Notes under the pieces: generated by a model
The model's input: the letters and a program-made list of their open reading frames with translations, nothing else
Told to the model about the DNA's origin: nothing
Database searches by the model: none
Assembly: GCA_037446635.1 (NCBI GenBank)
Contig: JBBIIG010000077.1
Coordinates: 1-18,230, forward strand
Direction of reading: 5' to 3'
Source: a bacterium
GTDB taxonomy: Bacteria; Zhuqueibacterota; Zhuqueibacteria; Oceanimicrobiales; Oceanimicrobiaceae
DNA: 18,230 bases
Made by a program: the position numbers and the translations under genes
Part shown: one piece after another, positions 7,567-14,710 of the stretch
How positions within the stretch are numbered: position 1 is the stretch's first letter
Layout: each line of letters starts with the position of its first letter

Positions 7567-8424
7567 ATGAACGGTCCTGCCATGAATCAGGTCCATAAGA
7601 ATGATATTCGACCGCCTGCCGTGGCCAACATGTTTTACCCGGGCAATCCCAAAATTTTAGAACAGGAAGTCGAAAGCCTGCTCATGCGAGCGCAAGCGAT
7701 CGACTTGCAGGGAGAGATCAAAGCGCTGGTTTGCCCTCATGCCGGCTACATGTACTCCGGCGGCGTGGCAGCGGTGGGATACAATTTGCTGAGGGGGCGC
7801 AGCTATTCCGTGGTCGCCATCATCTCGCCCAGCCACCGCGAGTATTTTCCGGGGGTGTCGGTTTTCACCGGCAAAGGCTACGAAACGCCGCTGGGCTTGG
7901 TGCCGGTGGCCAGCGAATTGGCAGAGGCTTTGGTCGGAAAAAGCGATCGCATCCAATCATCGTGGGCCGGCCACCGCAAAGAACACGCGCTGGAAGTTCA
8001 GTTGCCGTTTTTGCAAAGGGTCTTGCCGGACGCCCGCATCATCCCCATCGTGATGGGAGATCAGGAAGCGGACACCTGCCAAATGTTGGGAGAAGCGCTG
8101 ACGGCGGTTCTGAAAGATACGCCGGCGTTGATTATTGCCAGCTCCGATCTCTCGCACTATCATCCGTATGAGCAAGCGGTGGACATCGATCGCCGAACCA
8201 GCGATTTGATCGCGGCCTTCGACGAGGAGGGTTTGCTGAGTGCCCTCGCAGCCGGGCAGTGCGAAGCCTGCGGCGGCGGCCCCGTCGCCGCGGCGATAAT
8301 CGCTTGCAAACAAGCCGGCGCACGCAACTCACGGGTTTTGTTTTATCAAAACTCCGGCGACGTCACCGGCGATCGCTCGGCGGTGGTGGGGTATTTGTCG
8401 GCGGCCTTTGGAAATTTGAATTAA
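7567..8424 (+). CDS. amrB: AmmeMemoRadiSam system protein B (MEMO1 family)
   Basis: RPPAVANMFYP, PHAGYMYSG, SPSH, EHALEVQLPFLQ, ASSDLSHY, EACGGGP, NSGDVTGD...VVGY. Alternative start at ATG 7582. Confidence 0.95.
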   Translation: MNGPAMNQVHKNDIRPPAVANMFYPGNPKILEQEVESLLMRAQAIDLQGEIKALVCPHAGYMYSGGVAAVGYNLLRGRSYSVVAIISPSHREYFPGVSVFTGKGYETPLGLVPVASELAEALVGKSDRIQSSWAGHRKEHALEVQLPFLQRVLPDARIIPIVMGDQEADTCQMLGEALTAVLKDTPALIIASSDLSHYHPYEQAVDIDRRTSDLIAAFDEEGLLSALAAGQCEACGGGPVAAAIIACKQAGARNSRVLFYQNSGDVTGDRSAVVGYLSAAFGNLN

Positions 8425-8473
8425 TAACTATTTGCACCCCATAAGCGCGTCACCGAGGAGGTGATATGCCCTG

Positions 8474-9064
8474 TTGCGGAAAATTGCTACGAATGCGCTC
8501 TCCAAAGCAGAGCAAGATTTTTTATTGACCCTGGCACGTCAAACCATTGCCGCAAAAGTGCGCGGGGAAAAGGTTCCAGCGGTCGCGATTTCGTACAGCC
8601 GTTTGCAGGAGGAAAGAGGGGCCTTTGTCACGTTGCTCAAAAATAAAAATCTGCGCGGCTGTATCGGCTACATTAAGGCGGTGAAGCCTCTTTGGCAGAG
8701 CATTCAGGAGTTGGCGGAGCTGGCGGCGTTTTACGATCCGCGTTTCGAGCCGTTAGACGAAAGCGAGCTGAGCGAAATTGTTATCGAGATTTCGGTGTTG
8801 TCTCCGCTGCGCAAAATTGATTCCATCAAAAAAATCAAAGTACGACGACATGGGCTGTTCATTCGCTTGGGGAATGCCCACGGCCTGCTGCTGCCGCAAG
8901 TTGCAATAAAACACAACTGGGACCGCGAAACTTTTCTCGCCCACGTCTGCTTGAAGGCCGATTTGCCGCGGGACGCCTGGCGCAATCCCGAGGCGGAGAT
9001 TATGATTTTTGAAGCACAGGTTTTTATGGAGGAGCGGAGGGAAGAGCAGGCGTTGGGGGGATAG
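8474..9064 (+). CDS. amrA: AmmeMemoRadiSam system protein A (AMMECR1 family)
   Basis: GAFVTL...LRGCIG, DPRF, IEISVLS, GLLLPQVA, CLKA. The start is uncertain (TTG 8474). Confidence 0.93.
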   Translation: MRKIATNALSKAEQDFLLTLARQTIAAKVRGEKVPAVAISYSRLQEERGAFVTLLKNKNLRGCIGYIKAVKPLWQSIQELAELAAFYDPRFEPLDESELSEIVIEISVLSPLRKIDSIKKIKVRRHGLFIRLGNAHGLLLPQVAIKHNWDRETFLAHVCLKADLPRDAWRNPEAEIMIFEAQVFMEERREEQALGG

Positions 9065-9066
9065 AA

Positions 9067-9098
9067 TCGGAGTGAAACGCTTAAGCGTTTCACTCCGA
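9067..9098. repeat. Perfect 32-bp palindrome, REP-like
   Basis: tcggagtgaaacgctt|aagcgtttcactccga, starting 2 nt after the amrA stop. Confidence 0.85.
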
Positions 9099-9128
9099 GT
9101 TAATGAACAAGCCCAGGTAAGAAATTTC

Positions 9129-10442
9129 GTGAAAAGCAGTATTGATTTTAAAATCATCGATCGCCAGCGTTTGGAAGAAATCGAGCAGCAAACGTTGGCG
9201 CCGTATGCCGCGCAAAGCTCGGAAGCGCATCCGACGCGAATCCACGATGAACCCGAGCACGTTTATCGCACCGCCTTTCAGCGCGATCGCGATCGCATCA
9301 TCCACTCCCGCGCCTTTCGCCGGCTAAAACACAAACGCCAGGTTTTTCTCACCACCGAAAGCGATCACTACCGCACCCGCATCACCCACACGCTGGAAGT
9401 TTCGCAGATTTCCCGCACCATGGCGCGCGCCCTCGGTCTGAACGAAGATCTAACGGAAGCCATCGCGCTGGGGCACGATATCGGCCACACGCCTTTCGGC
9501 CACCTCGGCGAAGTGATTCTCAACGAAATCATGAGCGGTGAAAAAACCTTTGCGGACCAGACCGCCGGCCAAAATGCCGGCGGCTTCAAACACAATTACC
9601 AAAGTCTGCGGGTGGTGGATTTTCTGGAGAGCAAATATTCTTTCAATGGCCTGAATTTAACTGCGCCGGTGCGCGAAGGCATTCTGAAACACACTCGCCT
9701 TTTGCGCGGCCGTTTCAATTATCCCGATTTCAATTACAGCGGTTTGAATTTCGAGCGCGACATGTGCTCTCATCTCGAAGGCCAGGTGGTGGCCATCTGC
9801 GACGAGATTGCCCAGCGCACCCACGATCTCGAAGACGGCCTGCGCGCGAAATTGGTGGAGATTCCTAAGGTGCGCCAACTGCGTATCGTTCAGCTCATCG
9901 AAGAAAAATTGCAGATTCCCTGTTCCACGGAGCGCGATCTCCTGCTGTATCCGGGGCTGCTCATTCGCGGCCTCATCAATCTGCTGGTGGACGATGTCAT
10001 TCAAACCAGCTTGCACCACATCAGCGAGTTTGTCCGCCGCCGGCAGCGCACGCAAAACTTTGATGAAGAGTTGATCCAATTCAGCGCTCAAATCGATCCG
10101 TTGCAAAAGGAGCTGAACAAATTCATCTACAAAGAAATCATCGACTACTCCACCGCGCATTGGTCGGATGAGTTGGGAAAGAAATTGCTCTTCCGTCTGT
10201 TTCAAGCTTACTTTTTAGACCCGAGCCTTTTGCCCGAGTACGTGCTGGCGAAATATTCCAACGGCCGTCTGCAAGAAATCCCAAAAGACGGCGCCTTCTA
10301 TCGCTTGATTTGCGATCACATCGCTGGCATGACCGACACCTTTGCGGTGCGCGAAGCCGAACGCCTGGCGCAACTGCAAAAATTCGACGCCCGCGACCTG
10401 AATTTGCAGACCGTACTGGGCGTGCCAGCCGCCAGCCTTTGA
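9129..10442 (+). CDS. dgt: dNTP triphosphohydrolase (dGTPase-like HD protein), ~437 aa
   Basis: RTAFQRDRDRIIHSRAFRRL, RTRITHTLEV, GHDIGHTPFGHLGE, FKHNYQSLRVV, HDLEDG, IAGMTD. GTG 9129 preferred because ATG 9009 overlaps amrA and reads through the palindrome. Confidence 0.88.
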   Translation: MKSSIDFKIIDRQRLEEIEQQTLAPYAAQSSEAHPTRIHDEPEHVYRTAFQRDRDRIIHSRAFRRLKHKRQVFLTTESDHYRTRITHTLEVSQISRTMARALGLNEDLTEAIALGHDIGHTPFGHLGEVILNEIMSGEKTFADQTAGQNAGGFKHNYQSLRVVDFLESKYSFNGLNLTAPVREGILKHTRLLRGRFNYPDFNYSGLNFERDMCSHLEGQVVAICDEIAQRTHDLEDGLRAKLVEIPKVRQLRIVQLIEEKLQIPCSTERDLLLYPGLLIRGLINLLVDDVIQTSLHHISEFVRRRQRTQNFDEELIQFSAQIDPLQKELNKFIYKEIIDYSTAHWSDELGKKLLFRLFQAYFLDPSLLPEYVLAKYSNGRLQEIPKDGAFYRLICDHIAGMTDTFAVREAERLAQLQKFDARDLNLQTVLGVPAASL

Positions 10443-11269
10443 TGCACATTCGACTCGAAAATCTTTCCTTTGCGTACAAATCCCTCGGCAGTCCCTCCAC
10501 TCCAGTTTTGCGAAACATCAATTTGGAGATTACCGCCGGCGAGTTAGTGGGAATTGCCGGGCCCTCCGGCTCGGGCAAAAGCACGTTGATGCAGCATTTT
10601 ACCGGCCTGCTCAAGCCGGACGCCGGCCGCGTGCTCATTGACGGCCGCGACCTGTGGGCGCCCAGAATTTCTTTTTCCGAAATTCGCCGGCGCATTGGGC
10701 TGGTGTTTCAGTTTCCGGAAACGCAGTTATTTGAGGAGACGGTTTTCGACGACGTGGCGTTCGGCTTACGCAATTTGCAATTATCCGCGGATGACCTCAG
10801 CAAGCGCGTTCAGGAAGCGCTGCGGCGGGTCGGCTTGGATTTCGATTCCTTTCGCGGGCGCTCGCCCATTTACCTCAGCGAGGGCGAAAAACGGCGCGCG
10901 GCGCTGGCCGGCGTTTTGGTGATGAACCCGGAGACATTGGTGCTCGACGAACCCACGGCCGGTTTGGATCGTCACGGCGTGCTGGCGGTGAGTCAGATTT
11001 TGAGAGACTATCACGCGGCCGGCAAAACCGTCGCGATCATCTCCCATCAGCTCGATTTGATTTTTAGTTTGGTTGAGCGAGTCGTACTCATGAAGGACGG
11101 CGCGATCCACTTCGATGATTCGGCCCGCGAACTTTTGCGCCAGCCGCACCTTCTCGAAGCAGCCGGGCTGGCGTTGCCGCGAGTCTTCGTTATCCTCCAG
11201 CAACTGCAACAGCACGGCGTCGATGACGTGAAGCTCAGCGCCATGTTGAAGCGATTCATCAAAGCTTAG
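10442..11269 (+). CDS. ecfA2: Energy-coupling-factor transporter ATPase, EcfA2/CbiO-like, ~275 aa
   Basis: ATG overlaps the upstream TGA (TGATG). Walker A GPSGSGKST, GLVFQFPETQLFEETVFDDVAFG, LSEGEKRR, LDEPTAGLD, C-terminal GLALP. Confidence 0.85.
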   Translation: MHIRLENLSFAYKSLGSPSTPVLRNINLEITAGELVGIAGPSGSGKSTLMQHFTGLLKPDAGRVLIDGRDLWAPRISFSEIRRRIGLVFQFPETQLFEETVFDDVAFGLRNLQLSADDLSKRVQEALRRVGLDFDSFRGRSPIYLSEGEKRRAALAGVLVMNPETLVLDEPTAGLDRHGVLAVSQILRDYHAAGKTVAIISHQLDLIFSLVERVVLMKDGAIHFDDSARELLRQPHLLEAAGLALPRVFVILQQLQQHGVDDVKLSAMLKRFIKA

Positions 11270-11288
11270 AGTGTTTAAAAATAATCCA

Positions 11289-11327
11289 ATGGCTGAAAAG
11301 TAGTCGGTTTTCCAGCCGTCTTAATTT
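11289..11327 (+). terminator. Weak hairpin after ecfA2, possible terminator
   Basis: atggctgaaaa (11289-11299) / ttttccagccgt (11308-11319) with a bulge and one G-U. The U-tract is poor. Confidence 0.3.
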
Positions 11328-11451
11328 CACATTCAATCGCCGCTTTTTTTCTCCACCGAAGTTCTATCTTTCACTCTTTAAATATAGTTATAGCACTCTC
11401 GAACACCGGGCTTTTAAGATTGATGTTTGACTTCGCGGCAAGTGTTGGTGG

Positions 11452-11467
11452 TGGCATAGCGTTTGCC
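11452..11467 (+). promoter_or_regulatory. Sigma-54 (-24/-12) promoter upstream of the activator gene
   Basis: tGGcatagcgtttGCc, with exact GG-N10-GC spacing and TGGCA and TTGC elements. Confidence 0.8.
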
Positions 11468-11532
11468 AAAAGGGGCGAATGTTCACGCATTTAATTTCGG
11501 CTCAATAACCATTATCGAGGGTGAGACTTCAG

Positions 11533-12666
11533 ATGTCAGTAGCGACGGTCGATAATTACTACAGCAAACTAAACGAGCTTGAATTACTGGAGGAGTTTAA
11601 ACACGTTTTGTTAGTAGATACGAGGGAAAAAATCAAATCGGGCGAGAGCGATTTGGGGAGAAATTTCGGGTTCGATTTGCATTACCCGCTGGTGAGCCGC
11701 AGCCTCGAGATTAAGCAAATTTTCAGGTTGATCAAAAAAGTGGCGAAAAGCAACGCCTCGATTTTGATTCACGGCGAGACCGGCACCGGAAAAGAACTCA
11801 TTGCCAGCCTGATCCAATTCATCAGCCTGCGGGCGGATAAGCCGTTCATCAAAGTCAATTGCGCCGCGCTGCCGGAGAATCTCCTGGAAAGCGAATTGTT
11901 CGGACACGAGAAAGGCGCTTTCACCGGCGCTTACCAAACCCGCATTGGCAAGTTTGAACAGGCCGACGGCGGCACACTCTTTTTAGATGAAATTGGCGAC
12001 ATGCACCTTTCCACGCAAGCCAAGATTTTGCGCGTGCTGCAAGATCAAACGTTCACGCGACTGGGCGGCAACCGCACCATTGCCGTGGATGTGCGCATCA
12101 TCGCCGCTACCAACAAAGATTTGGTGAAAGAGATCGAAGCCGGAAATTTCCGCACCGATTTGTATTATCGCCTGAACGTGGTGACGCTGCACATTCCGCC
12201 GCTGCGCCAGCGCCGGGACGATATTTTGGTTATCGCCGAATATTTTCGCCGGAAGTTCTCGCAGGAGATTCGCAAAAACATCGGCGGCTTTTCCGACGCC
12301 ACCAAAGAATTGTTGAAGAATCACAGTTGGCCGGGAAACATCCGCGAGCTGCGCAATTTGATTGAGCGCGCGGTGCTGGTGGCTGAAGATGGCCACGCCA
12401 TTACCCCGGAAGACCTGGCGATGTCCGGCAAAGATTATTTTGCCGCTGGCGGCCGCGATCGCCGCCGCTCCTCCGATGGCGAGATGATCTCGTTCAACAC
12501 CTTGAACTTAGAAACCATCGAGCGCGAATCCATTTTGCGCGCCCTGCAAATGACCAACTGGGTGCAAAAAGACGCCGCCAACATGTTAGGCATCTCCCCG
12601 CGCGCCCTCAACTACAAAATTCAACAGCACAACATCACCCACCCGAACTGGAAGAAGAATATTTAG
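11533..12666 (+). CDS. Sigma-54-dependent enhancer-binding protein (AAA+ plus Fis-type HTH) with only a ~52-aa N-terminal extension
   Basis: [47 protein letters not shown] and C-terminal HTH ([19 protein letters not shown]). No REC, GAF or PAS domain. Alternative start at GTG 11521. Confidence 0.93.
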   Translation: MSVATVDNYYSKLNELELLEEFKHVLLVDTREKIKSGESDLGRNFGFDLHYPLVSRSLEIKQIFRLIKKVAKSNASILIHGETGTGKELIASLIQFISLRADKPFIKVNCAALPENLLESELFGHEKGAFTGAYQTRIGKFEQADGGTLFLDEIGDMHLSTQAKILRVLQDQTFTRLGGNRTIAVDVRIIAATNKDLVKEIEAGNFRTDLYYRLNVVTLHIPPLRQRRDDILVIAEYFRRKFSQEIRKNIGGFSDATKELLKNHSWPGNIRELRNLIERAVLVAEDGHAITPEDLAMSGKDYFAAGGRDRRRSSDGEMISFNTLNLETIERESILRALQMTNWVQKDAANMLGISPRALNYKIQQHNITHPNWKKNI

Positions 12667-12727
12667 TTTGCGAAAATTCCAGTTAACCTTTCAATTGGTG
12701 GTTTTATCGTGTGGTTTTACCGTTGTA

Positions 12728-12761
12728 GTCGTAGGGGCAATTCATGAATTACCCCTACGAC
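12728..12761. repeat. GTAG-type REP palindrome
   Basis: gtcgtaggggcaattca|tgaattacccctacgac, 34 bp with a single mismatch. Confidence 0.85.
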
Positions 12762-12904
12762 GCGAGGAACGCATACACTGGTTCGCTCCAATTACATTAT
12801 CGAAATACGCGCTGGTAATTTAGAAGCAAGACGGGGCATTCTTTAACTTCATTGCAGAGGTATAACTACCAAATTAATATTTGATTATTATAGCTTAAAA
12901 ATCA

Positions 12905-12920
12905 TGGCATAGGCTTTGCC
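12905..12920 (+). promoter_or_regulatory. Sigma-54 (-24/-12) promoter upstream of the FN3/Ig gene
   Basis: tGGcataggctttGCc, GG-N10-GC. Including the trailing aaa it is 17/19 identical to the site at 11452. Confidence 0.82.
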
Positions 12921-12969
12921 AAACAACGCGAACAGTGATTTGCAACTTAGGCAACAGGAGACAGCATCA

Positions 12970-14562
12970 ATGGATAGACGGGCACCGCTTCGTAGAATTA
13001 AAACAGGGACGTTTTGGTCGATAGGCCTGGGCCTATTGGTTTTGGGCGCCGTTTCGGCGGCCGCAGCCGGCTCGGTTACTCTCACCTGGGACGCCAACAG
13101 CGAAAGCGATCTCAGCGGCTATCGCGTTTATTACGGCCAGCAGTCCAGAAATTATGATGATTTTGTTGACGTGGGCAACGTCACCACTTTCAAAATTTCC
13201 AACTTAGACCCCGGCAAAAAGTACTATTTTGCGGTAACCGCGTACGACTTCTCCGCCAACGAAAGCGACTTCTCCGCTGAAGTCAGCGCCGATATTCCCA
13301 ATCAATCCGATCCCAGCAATCCTCCGGAATTAATCGCTGCCACCCCGAAAGGCGAAACCCAGATCGACGTGATTTTCTCCGAGTCGTTGGATAAGCTCTC
13401 CGCGGAGACGGCTGCGAATTACCGCATCAGCAACGGCGTTTTGGTGCTGGGCGCGATTTTAGACGGGGACCAAACCACCGTGCATCTCATCACCTCCAGC
13501 CATGAAAGAGACCGCAGCTACACCCTGTCGGTGAGCAACGTTAAAGATAAAGACGGCAACCCCATCGCCGCCGGCAGCTCCAAAAATTATACGATTACCG
13601 GATCGCCGACTTCCGGCGACACGACGCCGCCGCAAGTGACCTACGTCGGCGTGGTGAGCGCCACGGAGTTGGATGTGGTTTTCAGCGAGCCGCTGCAAAA
13701 AAGCAGCGCCGAAACCGTCGGCAATTATTCCATCAACAACAATGTGCAGGTTCTGCAAGCGCGGCAGAGCGCCACCACTTCGATTGTGAGATTGACGACT
13801 TCGCCGCATCAGGTGGGCGCCAACTACACCATCACGGTGAGCAACGTCCGCGACGCCGCCGGCAACCCCATTCCGTCCAACAATTCGATGTCGTATCAAA
13901 TTCCCCAGGGCGGTCCTGATCAGTCCGCGCCGCGGCTGACCTCGGCGCTGGCCCGCGGCACCACCCAAATCGACGTCCACTTCAACGAGACGCTGGATAA
14001 ATCATCCGCTGAAAATAAGGGCAACTATGCCATCAACAAAAATATTCAGATTTTGGGAGCGCTGCTCGACGCCAATCAGGTCACCGTGCACCTGCTCACT
14101 TCCAACCACCAAAACGGCGACTATACTCTCACCGTCAATCGCGTCAAAGATTTGGCCGGCAACCAAATCGCTTCCAATAGCCGCATCAATTACTCTGTTG
14201 CGAGCGGCGGCAGCGATGGCAACCAGAACAACCCCGTGACGCCAAACAATTTTACTCTTTACCAAAACTACCCGAATCCCTTCAACCCCCAAACCGACAT
14301 TCGCTTCTATCTCGAAAAGACCCGCAAGATCGAGTTGAAAGTTTATAACCCGCTGGGGCAACTGGTCAAAACGCTAGTGAAGGGTGAACTGCCGCAGGGC
14401 TTTCACACGGTGGTCTGGGACGGCACCAACGATGACGGCGTGCAAATGCCTACAGGGATGTACATCTACAGCCTCGAAGTCCGCCGCGAAGTTTTTGACG
14501 GCAATCTGTTGGTGGACGTCTCGCTGGAGCGGCGCGTCAAAAGGATGACCCTCATCCGTTAA
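12970..14562 (+). CDS. Secreted protein: signal peptide, FN3, three Ig-like repeats, FlgD-Ig/T9SS-type C-terminal sorting-like domain, ~530 aa
   Basis: SD caggag before ATG 12970. Signal peptide ending AAAA-GS, FN3 (VTLTWDANSESDLSGYRVYYG...YYFAVTAYD), three V.F.E.L...SAE...NY.I...YT..V..V.D..GN.I repeats, and tail YQNYPNPFNP...WDG...GMYIY...MTLIR. Confidence 0.9.
   Translation: MDRRAPLRRIKTGTFWSIGLGLLVLGAVSAAAAGSVTLTWDANSESDLSGYRVYYGQQSRNYDDFVDVGNVTTFKISNLDPGKKYYFAVTAYDFSANESDFSAEVSADIPNQSDPSNPPELIAATPKGETQIDVIFSESLDKLSAETAANYRISNGVLVLGAILDGDQTTVHLITSSHERDRSYTLSVSNVKDKDGNPIAAGSSKNYTITGSPTSGDTTPPQVTYVGVVSATELDVVFSEPLQKSSAETVGNYSINNNVQVLQARQSATTSIVRLTTSPHQVGANYTITVSNVRDAAGNPIPSNNSMSYQIPQGGPDQSAPRLTSALARGTTQIDVHFNETLDKSSAENKGNYAINKNIQILGALLDANQVTVHLLTSNHQNGDYTLTVNRVKDLAGNQIASNSRINYSVASGGSDGNQNNPVTPNNFTLYQNYPNPFNPQTDIRFYLEKTRKIELKVYNPLGQLVKTLVKGELPQGFHTVVWDGTNDDGVQMPTGMYIYSLEVRREVFDGNLLVDVSLERRVKRMTLIR
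13309..14199 (+). repeat. Three ~95-aa Ig-like (Big_5/SbsA-like) tandem domain repeats
   Basis: Approximately 13309-13596, 13618-13902 and 13918-14199, sharing FSESLDKLSAE / FSEPLQKSSAE / FNETLDKSSAE and VKDKDGNPI / VRDAAGNPI / VKDLAGNQI. Confidence 0.85.
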
Positions 14563-14583
14563 AATTTCTTCCTCCCTCGTAGA

Positions 14584-14631
14584 AAGGCCGGGAAAGCTTA
14601 ATTGGTTTCTCGGCCTTATTTATTTTATTTT
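14584..14631 (+). terminator. Probable intrinsic terminator after the FN3/Ig gene
   Basis: aaggccgggaaa (14584-14595) / tttctcggcctt (14606-14617), one G-U, followed by atttattttatttt. Confidence 0.7.
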
Positions 14632-14642
14632 GGAAAAATGTG

Positions 14643-14671
14643 TTGACTGTCAGGTTAAGTTTTGGTATTTT
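14643..14671 (+). promoter_or_regulatory. Sigma-70-type promoter of the polysaccharide export genes
   Basis: ttgact (14643-14648), 17-nt spacer ending TGG, tatttt (14666-14671), about 40 nt before ATG 14711. Confidence 0.6.
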
Positions 14672-14710
14672 ACGCCGTTAAAGAGTTATATGTATTCAAT
14701 TTGGAATGTA

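Noticed and set aside
9009..9128. Extended N-terminus of the dGTPase-like ORF
   Set aside because: Overlaps amrA by 56 nt and translates the 32-bp palindrome. Family-like sequence begins after GTG 9129.
10310..10441. Extended N-terminus of the ECF ATPase ORF
   Set aside because: Overlaps the upstream gene in another frame. ATG 10442 gives the normal start with a TGATG overlap.
9129..10442. Anti-phage dGTPase in a defence island
   Set aside because: No defence or mobility genes nearby; the context looks like a core operon.
12916..12969. TTG start of the FN3/Ig ORF
   Set aside because: It falls inside the -12 element of the sigma-54 promoter. ATG 12970 has an SD and a proper signal peptide.
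14630..14710. Extended N-terminus of the SLBB ORF, including a CxxC
   Set aside because: It spans the terminator tail and the predicted promoter. The signal peptide starts at ATG 14711.
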